The notes under the pieces: generated by a model | The model's database searches: none | What the model was told of the DNA's origin: nothing | Seen by the model: only the letters and a program-made list of their open reading frames with translations | Source of the DNA: Nonomuraea sp. NPDC059194 | GTDB lineage: Bacteria > Actinomycetota > Actinomycetes > Streptosporangiales > Streptosporangiaceae | Reading direction: 5' to 3' | Assembly (NCBI RefSeq): GCF_042754765.1 | Contig: NZ_JBHZBH010000040.1 | Coordinates: 32,657 to 72,656 of the forward strand | DNA length: 40,000 nt | Program-made: the position numbers and the translations under genes | In this document: in pieces, positions 9,271 to 16,885 of the stretch | How positions within the stretch are numbered: position 1 is the first letter of the stretch | Layout of the letters: the number at the start of each line of letters is the position of its first letter

Positions 9271-9993
9271 TCAGGAGAGCCCGGCTCCCACCAGGCTTCC
9301 GATTCCGAAGGTGGCCGCGGCGGCGAGCCCGCCGAGCACCAGTTGGCGCAGAGCGCCGGCCCACCAGGGGCGCGCCGTGAGCCGGGCGACGACGCCTCCG
9401 GCGACCAGCAGCCCGAGGACGCTGACAATGGTCGCCACCAGGAGGCCCGAGGCGCCGAAGATGAACGGCAGCACCGGGATGATCGCGCCGGCGGCGAAGG
9501 CGGTGAAGGAGGAGATGGCGGCCACGTACGGAGAGGGGAGGTCGTCCGGGTCGACGCCGAGCTCTTCGCGGACGTGGACCCGCCACGCGAGTTCCGGCTG
9601 GGCGCTGATCTGCGCCGCGACCTTCTCCGCGGTCTCCGCGTCCAGGCCGCGGACCCGGTAGAGAGCGGTGAGCTCGGCCAGCTCGCCCTCGGGGTTGCGG
9701 GCCAGTTCGGCCTTCTCCACCTCGATCTCAGCCTGCATGAGCTCGGTCTGGGAGGCGACGGACGTGTACTCGCCGGCGGCCATGGAACAGGCGCCGGCGG
9801 CCAGCCCGGCCAGGCCGGTGATGACGACGACCGTGCTCGAAGCGCCGCCGCCTACGACGCCGCTGATGAGGGCGAAGTTGGAGACCAGGCCGTCCATCGC
9901 GCCGAAGACCGCGGGGCGGAGCCAGCCGCCGGTCACGTCTCGGTGGTGCCGGTGCTTCTCAACCGGCGGGGAGGGCAGGACATCTGCACTCAT
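9271..9993 (-). CDS. VIT1/CCC1-family iron/manganese transporter
   Basis: 240 aa. It has the FGAMDGLVSNFALISGV signature, a central amphipathic cytosolic helix region (ELMQAEIEVEKAELARNPEGELAEL) and C-terminal TM helices. Only 15 nt separate it from the next gene downstream. Confidence 0.85.
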   Translation of the reverse strand: MSADVLPSPPVEKHRHHRDVTGGWLRPAVFGAMDGLVSNFALISGVVGGGASSTVVVITGLAGLAAGACSMAAGEYTSVASQTELMQAEIEVEKAELARNPEGELAELTALYRVRGLDAETAEKVAAQISAQPELAWRVHVREELGVDPDDLPSPYVAAISSFTAFAAGAIIPVLPFIFGASGLLVATIVSVLGLLVAGGVVARLTARPWWAGALRQLVLGGLAAAATFGIGSLVGAGLS

Positions 9994-10030
9994 ATGGGTC
10001 CTTTAGCTGGGGGATCTCAGATCTTGTTTT

Positions 10031-10045
10031 GTGACAGTATGTCGT
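10031..10045. promoter_or_regulatory. Candidate operator, degenerate copy of the ACGACA-N3-TGTCGT palindrome
   Basis: The site reads GTGACAgtaTGTCGT followed by GAAAC. It lies in the 122-bp divergent region between the VIT1 start (9993) and the NCS-like start (10116). Confidence 0.55.
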
Positions 10046-10115
10046 GAAACAGTGTTCCGCAAGAGACTCGGGGGTTCGACCAGACCACTTCCGGATCTGC
10101 CCAGGGAGGCCATGG

Positions 10116-10733
10116 ATGCCCCGCAAACTGCTCAGCTGGACCGCCGCTCTCGTGTTCGGGCTGGCACTTTGGCCAAGCCCCGCTGCCGCGGGCGCCCAGC
10201 CCGAACTGACCGCCAGCCAGAGCGCCGACCTCTCCTCCGGTAGCGAGATCACCGTGACCGGGACCGGCTTCGCCCCCAAGACCGCGCTGTTCCTGGCGAT
10301 CTGCGACACCAGGCAGCCTCCGGGCAAGGCCTGTGACACCGGCAACTTCGCCAGGGTCACGACCGACGCGGACGGCAGGCTGGAGGCGAAGGTCAAGCCG
10401 GTCGCGACCTTCGGGGCCACCGACTGCACGGCCACCGCGTGCGCGCTGATGACCAACGACTCCGCCAACCCGCGCGACACCCGCAACTACGCCCAGCTGC
10501 CCATCACCTTCCAGGCGGCCCAGGCCACACCCTCCACGGCGCCGAGTTCCCCGGCGGCCACCCAGCAACCGGCCACCCAGCAACCGGCCGCCCAGCAACC
10601 GGCAGCCTCGCCTGCGGCTGCCGCCGAGGAGGAGAGCGGCTCCAACACCATGCTGGTCGTCGTTCTCGGGATCGCGGCCGTGCTGTTGATCACGGGGATG
10701 GTCGTTCTGGTACGGCGTCGCCGTACCGCCTGA
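10116..10733 (+). CDS. Secreted neocarzinostatin-fold protein with a Pro/Gln linker and a C-terminal TM anchor
   Basis: Start at ATG 10116, after GGGAGG at 10104-10109. The signal peptide is MPRKLLSWTAALVFGLALWPSPAAAGA. The core (ITVTGTGF..AICDT..TDCTATACALMTNDSANP) resembles enediyne apoprotein (neocarzinostatin) domains. It is followed by a (A/T)QQP repeat linker, a hydrophobic helix (MLVVVLGIAAVLLITGMVVLV) and RRRR. Confidence 0.7.
   Translation: MPRKLLSWTAALVFGLALWPSPAAAGAQPELTASQSADLSSGSEITVTGTGFAPKTALFLAICDTRQPPGKACDTGNFARVTTDADGRLEAKVKPVATFGATDCTATACALMTNDSANPRDTRNYAQLPITFQAAQATPSTAPSSPAATQQPATQQPAAQQPAASPAAAAEEESGSNTMLVVVLGIAAVLLITGMVVLVRRRRTA
10557..10601 (+). repeat. 3 x 15-bp in-frame tandem repeat (ATQQP/ATQQP/AAQQP)
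   Basis: gccacccagcaaccg is repeated three times with one substitution, inside the linker of the NCS-like protein. Confidence 0.9.
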
Positions 10734-10744
10734 TCGCCTCCGAC

Positions 10745-10775
10745 GAGGGCGGGCCGGGACGACCGGCCCGCCCTC
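10745..10775. terminator. Bidirectional hairpin between convergent genes
   Basis: A perfect 13-bp stem GAGGGCGGGCCGG / CCGGCCCGCCCTC with a 5-nt loop. It lies between the NCS-like stop (10733) and the ABC ATPase stop (10774). Confidence 0.6.
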
Positions 10776-11733
10776 ACGCATGGGAGATCTCCAGGTCGCG
10801 CAGGCAGGCGCTGCTTCTGCCCGCGTGACCGGTCGGCTCCACCAGGGCCGGCACCACGCTCCGGCAGGCGTCCGCCGCGTACGGGCAGCGCGGGTGGAAG
10901 GCGCAGCCCGCCGGGGGGCGCACGGCCGAGGGCACCTCGCCGGCCAGAGCGGGGAGCTGTCTGCGAGTGGGGTCGGGAACGGGCACCGCGGCCAGCAGCG
11001 TGCGCGTGTAGGGGTGGCGCGGAGAGCCGAAGACCTCCGCCGCAGGCCCGTGTTCGACGATCCTGCCCAGGTACATCACGGCGACATGGGTGGCCAGATG
11101 CCGCGCGATGTCCAGCTCGTGGGTGATCAGCAGATAGCCCAGGCCCAGGGACTCGCGCAGGTCGAGCAGCAGGTTCACGACGGTGGCCTTGACGCCGACG
11201 TCCAGGCTGGCCGTCGGCTCGTCGAGCACGATGGCGCGCGGCTGGGCGGCCAGCGCGCGCGCGACGGTGACGCGCTGGAGCTCGCCACCGCTGATCCCGC
11301 CGGGACGACGGTCCGCGTAGCCCGCGGGCAGCCCGACCTGCTCAAGCAACTCGGCGACGCGCCTGGCGCGCTCGGCGCCGTCCGTGCACAGCTTGTGGAC
11401 GAGAAGCGGAAGCCCGACCGAGTGGCCGATCGTCTTGCGCGGGTTCAGCGCCGCCCAGGGGTTCTGCGAGACGAACTGGACCGCCCGGCGTGCCGTACGG
11501 CTGAGCGCCGGTCCGGCGGGTTCGCCGGCGACGCGCACGCTCCCGGCCGTCGGCGCCAGCAGGCCCACGGCGAGCCGGGCGAGCGTCGACTTGCCACACC
11601 CGGACTCGCCCACCACCGCCAGGGTCTGGCCGGGACCCAGGCTGAGCGAGACGCCTTCCACCGCGTGCACGACCTGCCGCCGGGTGAGCGGATAGCGGTG
11701 GGTGACCTGGTCCAGCTCGACGAGCGGCGTCAT
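10774..11733 (-). CDS. Opp/Dpp-type ABC ATP-binding protein (OppF/DppF-like)
   Basis: Start at internal ATG 11733 (MTPLVELDQV..). Walker A (GESGCGKST), signature (ISGGELQRV) and Walker B (VLDEP) are present. The C-terminal oligopeptide-transporter extension contains Cys residues (GCAFHPRCPYA). Confidence 0.9.
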   Translation of the reverse strand: MTPLVELDQVTHRYPLTRRQVVHAVEGVSLSLGPGQTLAVVGESGCGKSTLARLAVGLLAPTAGSVRVAGEPAGPALSRTARRAVQFVSQNPWAALNPRKTIGHSVGLPLLVHKLCTDGAERARRVAELLEQVGLPAGYADRRPGGISGGELQRVTVARALAAQPRAIVLDEPTASLDVGVKATVVNLLLDLRESLGLGYLLITHELDIARHLATHVAVMYLGRIVEHGPAAEVFGSPRHPYTRTLLAAVPVPDPTRRQLPALAGEVPSAVRPPAGCAFHPRCPYAADACRSVVPALVEPTGHAGRSSACLRDLEISHA

Positions 11734-12632
11734 GGCGCACCCTCCGTGTGGTGGCAGCGGACATCGAGAACGGGCTGGGGATCGTGCTCGGCGCACACCT
11801 CCAGCACGACCGGGCAGCGCGGTGCGAACGGGCAGCCGTGCCGGGCGACCGGGCCGGGGACGAGCGTGCCCAGGCGCGACCCCGCGGCGGCGCGCCCCGG
11901 AAGGGCGGAAAGCAGAGCCCGGGTGTAGGGGTGGCGCGGTGCTGAGAAGATCTGCTCGGTGCTGCCCGTTTCCACCAGGCGTCCGCCGTACATGACCCCG
12001 ACCCGGTCGCAGATCTGCGCCACCACGGCCAGGTCGTGGGTGACGTAGAGGATGCCGAGCCCGAGCCGGTCGCGCAGGTCCAGCAGCAGGCGGAGCACCT
12101 GCGCCTGGACCGTGGGGTCGAGCGTGGTGGTGGGTTCGTCGGCGATGAGCAGGTCGGGCTGCCTGGCCAGCGCGGCGATCAGGATGAGCAGGCGTTGCAG
12201 CTGGCCACCGGAGAAGCGGTGCGGTGAGTCGCGAGGCCGGTCCAGGACCGCGCGCAGTCCCACCTGGCCGAGCAACTCGGTGAGGTCGGCATCGCCCGCG
12301 TGCCACCGCAGCTGCCGCAGGACGGGGGTGACCGGGCTGAGCGAGGTCATGGGGCGTTGCGGGATGACGCCGATGCGGGTGGCGCGCAGGCGGCGCATCT
12401 CCTCGTCGCGGAGCGCGGTCAGCTCCCGGTCGCCGAGCCGTACGGCCTGCGCCGTTGCCTTGGCCCCCGCGGGCAGGACGCGGGTGAGGGCCGCGCAGAC
12501 GCTGCTCTTGCCGCTGCCCGACTCGCCCACCAGGCCGAAGATCTCGCCGTGTTGAAGCGCGAAGGAGACGTCGTGGACGGCTCGCTTGCCGGGATAGTCC
12601 ACGTGCAGGCCGGTGACGGTGAGCAGGCTCAT
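11730..12632 (-). CDS. Opp/Dpp-type ABC ATP-binding protein (OppD/DppD-like)
   Basis: Start at internal ATG 12632 (MSLLTVTGLHV..). Walker A (GESGSGKSS), signature (FSGGQLQRL), Walker B (IADEP) and a C-terminal GCPFAPRCP motif are present. There are 4-nt overlaps on both sides. Confidence 0.9.
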   Translation of the reverse strand: MSLLTVTGLHVDYPGKRAVHDVSFALQHGEIFGLVGESGSGKSSVCAALTRVLPAGAKATAQAVRLGDRELTALRDEEMRRLRATRIGVIPQRPMTSLSPVTPVLRQLRWHAGDADLTELLGQVGLRAVLDRPRDSPHRFSGGQLQRLLILIAALARQPDLLIADEPTTTLDPTVQAQVLRLLLDLRDRLGLGILYVTHDLAVVAQICDRVGVMYGGRLVETGSTEQIFSAPRHPYTRALLSALPGRAAAGSRLGTLVPGPVARHGCPFAPRCPVVLEVCAEHDPQPVLDVRCHHTEGAP

Positions 12633-14158
12633 CCGGTGACTCCACGTGGCCGCAGGCGCGCGGTGCCCAGGCGGCTGATGCTCATGCGGGCCGGATCGAG
12701 AGGGCTGACGCTGGAGCGCTGGCCGACGATCATCTTGGGGTAGACCGGGGGGAACATCACGGCGTCCTCGGTGATCTGGGCGTTGACCTCTTGGAGGAGC
12801 CGGTCGCGTTCGGCCCGGTCGTCGGTGGCCCAGATGCGTTCGATGGCGGCGTCGACGTCCTTGTTGTGATATCCGCAGGCCAGCACGCTGGTCGACAGGG
12901 CGGGGGAGAGGGTGAGGTAGTTGGCGTCGCCGCTGGTGAAGCCGCTGGCGAAGCGATTCATGATCATCTGATATTTGCCGGCGATCCAGCGTTGCGCCCA
13001 CGGGCCGCCCTGCAGGACTTCCAGCTTGACGGTGATGCCGGCGCGCTGCCAGCCCTGCATGAGGACCTGGGCGATGTCCTCCATGGTCTGCCCGGCGCTG
13101 ATGGTGAGTGTGAAGGAGGGGTCCTTCACCTCCTTCAGCAGCTCGCGGACCTTCGCCAGGTCCGGGGTGGCGGGGAAGATCTGGAGGTCGGGGTCGTAGC
13201 CGCGTTCGGCGGGTCCGATCGGGCCCTGGCCGATGGTGGCGGCACCGCCGAAGACCTTGTCGTTGACCGCCTGCCGGTCGACGGCGTGGGCGACGGCGAG
13301 CCGGAAGTTCCGGTTGTCGAAGGGGGGATCGCCGGCCTTGACGTAGGTGAGCAGGTCGATGGGCGCGTCCACACGGTGGACGGTGACATTGGGCTGGCCG
13401 TCGAGCAGGGGCAGGGCGGCGACGGGCAGTTCGGTGGCTATGTCGACGCTTCCCGCCCGCAGGTTGACCGCCCGGGTCGAGCCGTCGGGGATGATCTGGA
13501 AGTCCAGCCGGGGGTAGGCCGGCTTGGGGCCGTGGTAGCCGGGGTGGGCGCTCATCGCGTAGCCGAGCCCGGCCGTCACCTTGTCCAGCCGGTAGGGACC
13601 GGTGCCCATCATCGCGTCCTTGCGCTCGGCGTAGGCCTTGTGCGTGATCGGCAGGTTGGTCAGGTGGGAGCGGAGCAGCCCGTAGGGACGGTTGAGTTTG
13701 ATCTCCACGGTGTGCGCGTCGATCGCGCGGGCGCCCGAGTAGTAGCCGAGGAAGTAGACGACCCACTCGCTGCCGCTGGCGAAGGCGGCGACGTGGGCGA
13801 GCGAGGCGACGACGTGCTCGGCGGTGAACGGGTCGCCGTTGTGGAAGGTCACTCCGGGTTTCAGCGGGATCGTCCAGGTCAGGCCGTCCGGTGAGATGAC
13901 GGGGTCCTTGGCCGCGAGGAGAGGGACCGGGCGCACGTTCGCGTCGTAGTCGTAGAGGGTCTCCATCACCGGCTCGGCGATCCAGCGCGTCACCTCGCTG
14001 CCGGAGTCGAGCGGGTTGAGGTTGCTCGGTCCTGCCGGGACGCCGATGCGCAGGGTGCCGCCCGCCGTACGGGAGGTCTGCGGGGAGCAGGCGGCGGCCA
14101 GCGGGATCGCGCCGAGCACGCCGAGCAGGCGTCGCCTGGACCAGGAGGGGTGGTTCAT
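12629..14158 (-). CDS. ABC substrate-binding protein, family 5 (peptide/nickel/heme-type), Tat-lipoprotein signal
   Basis: Start at internal ATG 14158. The N-terminus MNHPSWSRRRLLGVLGAIPLAAAC carries a twin-arginine motif plus a lipobox. The ~509-aa length and motifs (TLRIGV.., GTGPYRL) are typical of SBP family 5. Confidence 0.9.
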   Translation of the reverse strand: MNHPSWSRRRLLGVLGAIPLAAACSPQTSRTAGGTLRIGVPAGPSNLNPLDSGSEVTRWIAEPVMETLYDYDANVRPVPLLAAKDPVISPDGLTWTIPLKPGVTFHNGDPFTAEHVVASLAHVAAFASGSEWVVYFLGYYSGARAIDAHTVEIKLNRPYGLLRSHLTNLPITHKAYAERKDAMMGTGPYRLDKVTAGLGYAMSAHPGYHGPKPAYPRLDFQIIPDGSTRAVNLRAGSVDIATELPVAALPLLDGQPNVTVHRVDAPIDLLTYVKAGDPPFDNRNFRLAVAHAVDRQAVNDKVFGGAATIGQGPIGPAERGYDPDLQIFPATPDLAKVRELLKEVKDPSFTLTISAGQTMEDIAQVLMQGWQRAGITVKLEVLQGGPWAQRWIAGKYQMIMNRFASGFTSGDANYLTLSPALSTSVLACGYHNKDVDAAIERIWATDDRAERDRLLQEVNAQITEDAVMFPPVYPKMIVGQRSSVSPLDPARMSISRLGTARLRPRGVTG

Positions 14159-14997
14159 CGAATCTCCTTCAGCGCACGTCCGCCGAGCCGGTCGGAGAGG
14201 GTGTCGCCGATCAGGTTGAAGCCGAGGATCCCGGCGAGCATGACGGCGCCGGGCAGGACGGAGTACCACCAGACGCCCGCGGGCAGGTAGCCGGTGCCAC
14301 CGCCGGTGAGGTTGCCCAGCGTGGCCTGGGGGAGCTGGATGCCGAGCCCGAGGAAGCCGAGGCCGCCTTCGGCGAAGACGGCCAGCGCCATCGCCAGGAA
14401 GGCCTGGACGGCCATGGCCGGGGCGATGTTGGGGAGCAGCTCACCGAGGATGATCCGGGTACGGCGGACGCCGATGACCTGGAGGGCGGGCACGTAGTCC
14501 TGGCTCATCTCGACGAGGGTGGCCGCGCGGGCGACGCGGGCGAAATAGGGGATGAAGGCGATGCCGAGCAGGAGCACGACCTTGGTGGTCATGGTGATGG
14601 GGATCGGCCCCAGGTGCACGGTGGCCGTGCCGCTGAGACCGATGACGAACATGGCCAGCACGAACATGGGGAGCGCCTGGATGATCTCCAGGCTCCGCAT
14701 GATCAGGTCATCGAGCAGGGTGCCGCGCAGGTAACCGGCCAGAATGCCCAAGGGCAGGGCCAGAAGCAGGCCGAGGGCGACCGCGGCCAGGCTGACCAGG
14801 AGCGAGACCCGGGTGCCTGACGCCGTTCGGGCCAGGAGGTCCCGGCCGAGTTGGTCGGTGCCGAAGGGGTGGGCCAGGCTCGGGCCGGTCAGCACGTCGG
14901 GTCCGCCCGCGTTGGGGTCGCCGGTCAGCAGCGGGCCCAGGACGGCCAGCAGGCAGAACAGCGCCGCGCATCCGGCGCCGAACCAGGTCAGCTTCAT
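14155..14997 (-). CDS. Opp/Dpp-type ABC permease (DppC-like)
   Basis: Start at internal ATG 14997 (MKLTWFGAG..). The HPFGTDQLGRD motif and the EAA-loop region (..SQDYVPALQVIGVRRTRII..) are present. There are 4-nt overlaps with both neighbours. Confidence 0.9.
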   Translation of the reverse strand: MKLTWFGAGCAALFCLLAVLGPLLTGDPNAGGPDVLTGPSLAHPFGTDQLGRDLLARTASGTRVSLLVSLAAVALGLLLALPLGILAGYLRGTLLDDLIMRSLEIIQALPMFVLAMFVIGLSGTATVHLGPIPITMTTKVVLLLGIAFIPYFARVARAATLVEMSQDYVPALQVIGVRRTRIILGELLPNIAPAMAVQAFLAMALAVFAEGGLGFLGLGIQLPQATLGNLTGGGTGYLPAGVWWYSVLPGAVMLAGILGFNLIGDTLSDRLGGRALKEIR

Positions 14998-15959
14998 CGC
15001 AGCACCCCCTCGCGCACCCGGGGGTCGATCATGAGCTGGGCCAGGTCCACCAGCAGGTTCGTCACGAGGTACAGCAGGGCCACGGCCAGGCAGCAGCCGA
15101 CGGCGACGGGATAGTCCTGGCGGCGGAAGGAGTCGACCATGAGCTGGCCGATGCCCGGCACGCCGAACACGTTCTCGACCAGGATCGCGCCGCTGACCAG
15201 CATGCCGAGCATCAACCCCATGACGGTGACGACCGGGACGGCCGCGTTGCGCAGGGCGATCCTCCTGACGAGCGCACCCCGCGGCTGGCCGATGGCCCTG
15301 GCGAAGGTGACGTAGTCGCGCTCGAGCACCTCCAGCAGCGAGGCCCGCAGCGTCCGGGCGACCACCGCGAACGCGGGCAGGCCGAGAACGAACGCGGGCA
15401 GCGCCAGACTGGCGAGGTGCCCGCCCAGTCCCTCGCCGGGCGGGATGTAGCCGTCGGCGGGGAAGACTCCGACGACGTAGACGCCGAAGACCAGGACGCA
15501 GACCAGTCCGAGCCAGAAACTGGGCACGGACAGCGCGATCACGCTGACCACCCGGACGAACCCGTCGATGATCGAGCCATGCCGGAGCGCGGCGGCGGCG
15601 CCGGCCAGGACGCCCAGGAACATCCACACACCCGCCGCCACCAAGCCCAGTTCGAGGGATACGGGCAGCCGTTCCATGACGAGGGTGACCACCGGCTGGT
15701 CAGAGAAGATCGAGTTGCCCAGGTCGCCGGAGAACAACCGGCCGACGTAGCGGATGTACTGTTCCGGGATCGAGGCGTCCAGGCCGAGCCTGGCCGCGAC
15801 GGCGGCCCTTCCTTCCTCGCTGTAGCTGTAGCCCAGGAGGGTGTACAGCGGGCTGCCGGGTGACAGCCGCAGTAGGACGAAGACCAGCGAGACCACCACG
15901 AAGACCGTGGTCAGCAGGGCGGTCAGGCGCCGGAGGAGGTAGGAGGCCAAGCAGACCAT
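14994..15959 (-). CDS. Opp/Dpp-type ABC permease (DppB-like)
   Basis: 321 aa. The N-terminus (..YLLRRLTALL..) and the EAA-like region (..ERDYVTFARAIGQPRGALVRRIALRNA) are typical of DppB. The start may instead be the TTG three codons downstream, because GAGG lies only 1 nt before ATG 15959. Confidence 0.85.
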   Translation of the reverse strand: MVCLASYLLRRLTALLTTVFVVVSLVFVLLRLSPGSPLYTLLGYSYSEEGRAAVAARLGLDASIPEQYIRYVGRLFSGDLGNSIFSDQPVVTLVMERLPVSLELGLVAAGVWMFLGVLAGAAAALRHGSIIDGFVRVVSVIALSVPSFWLGLVCVLVFGVYVVGVFPADGYIPPGEGLGGHLASLALPAFVLGLPAFAVVARTLRASLLEVLERDYVTFARAIGQPRGALVRRIALRNAAVPVVTVMGLMLGMLVSGAILVENVFGVPGIGQLMVDSFRRQDYPVAVGCCLAVALLYLVTNLLVDLAQLMIDPRVREGVLR

Positions 15960-15961
15960 TC

Positions 15962-16020
15962 CTCACATTGTTCCTATATGCGGAAAGTCGTATATGTGAG
16001 TGGAAAGAATAGGCCACTCA
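15962..16020 (-). promoter_or_regulatory. AT-rich intercistronic element with two mutually exclusive hairpins
   Basis: The minus-strand RNA reads UGAGUGGccuauucuuuCCACUCACAUauacgacuuuccgcauauaggaacaAUGUGAGGaAUG. CCACUCA can pair with the upstream UGAGUGG, which includes the DUF1838 stop codon. The overlapping CUCACAU can instead pair with AUGUGAG, which abuts the permease start. Confidence 0.35.
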
Positions 16021-16776
16021 GGCCTGCCGGGCATCGTCCGAAGGATGTATTGCGCGCCAGCGGAAGGAGGTCCAGCTGGTCTCGTTGGGGGCCGACCAGG
16101 CTTCCGGCGCCTCCGCGAACCGCGGGCCGTGCGCGGCGATGAACTCCCTGGTCCGCTCAGGAACGGCCGCCCAGTCCGCGAGCTTGGCGCCCCGGCAGTG
16201 GTAGACCAGCGCGCCCGGCCGGTCGGCCATCCGCATCCAGGGCAGCCAGGGGGCGACCCGCGTCCATGACAGCGTGCACGGCACGTTTGCCATGTCGGGG
16301 TCGTCCACATCGGTGGCGCGGGCGAAGAACTGGAACAGCTCCATGGCTCGATAGGTGTCGTCCCCGGAGTTGTCCGGATAGTCGGCGACCGGCAGCGGCG
16401 AAGGGTAGGCGAGGAGCACGTCCGCGTTGACGACCACATCGGTTCCGATCCGGGTGGTCGACGGTTCGAGTCCGCGGGGCCAGTACTGGTTCACCGGGTC
16501 GTTCCAGACGTGAAGGACGTCCACCTTCTCGCCGGTGTAGCGGTTGTCCCAGCCGTCCAGGATCTCGCGCGTGACCGGGTCGAGGTAGAAGGCCGCTTCG
16601 CGGCTGAGGAGCCGATAGCCGCCGTCAGCGGGCACCGCCCGGGACACGTTGACCCCTTCGAACCCGAAGAGGTGGTGGGGGCCGTCCCCCGGCAGCCAGG
16701 CGTAGACGTCGCCCGTCCACCACACGGTGACTTGCGCCCCGCTCAGATCGGCTCGGATACGGACCAGGTCCATCAT
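16018..16776 (-). CDS. DUF1838-like protein
   Basis: Start chosen at ATG 16776 (MMDLVRIRADLSG..), preceded by AAAGGAGG. Motifs such as ..FGFEGVNVSR..GYRLLSREAAFYLDPVTREIL..W.N.YTGEKVDVLHVWNDPVNQ match my recollection of DUF1838 family proteins. It is the first gene of the ABC-transporter operon. Confidence 0.5.
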   Translation of the reverse strand: MMDLVRIRADLSGAQVTVWWTGDVYAWLPGDGPHHLFGFEGVNVSRAVPADGGYRLLSREAAFYLDPVTREILDGWDNRYTGEKVDVLHVWNDPVNQYWPRGLEPSTTRIGTDVVVNADVLLAYPSPLPVADYPDNSGDDTYRAMELFQFFARATDVDDPDMANVPCTLSWTRVAPWLPWMRMADRPGALVYHCRGAKLADWAAVPERTREFIAAHGPRFAEAPEAWSAPNETSWTSFRWRAIHPSDDARQA

Positions 16777-16789
16777 CAGCCTCCTTTTC

Positions 16790-16804
16790 ATGACAATGTG
16801 TCGC
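16790..16804. promoter_or_regulatory. Candidate operator, degenerate copy of the palindrome
   Basis: The site reads ATGACAatgTGTCGC. On the minus strand it is GCGACAcatTGTCAT followed by GAAAAGGAGG, immediately upstream of the DUF1838 RBS. Confidence 0.5.
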
Positions 16805-16833
16805 CAAACCATTGACGTGAGGGGCGGCACTTA

Positions 16834-16848
16834 ACGACACTCTGTCGT
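16834..16848. promoter_or_regulatory. Candidate operator, perfect palindrome ACGACA-ctc-TGTCGT
   Basis: The two 6-nt arms are perfectly complementary and are followed by GAAAC. The site lies 38 nt upstream of the heme oxygenase ATG (16886) and 16 nt downstream of a TTGACG hexamer (16812-16817). Its centre is 44 bp from the centre of site 16790-16804. Confidence 0.65.
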
Positions 16849-16885
16849 GAAACATGATTCCAACGCAATGCCCTGGAGGGCACAG

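Noticed and set aside
8807-9586. Upstream extension of the acyl-CoA synthetase ORF (756-aa version).
   Set aside because: The extension overlaps the DUF3598-like and VIT1 genes out of frame and has no ligase-like sequence. Ligase homology starts at MRAQLSIANG (ATG 8806).
10013-10023. A perfect 11-bp palindrome GATCTCAGATC in the VIT1/NCS-like intergenic region.
   Set aside because: It is short, occurs only once, and is not shared with the other two divergent regions. It may be a second regulator's site, but there is no corroboration.
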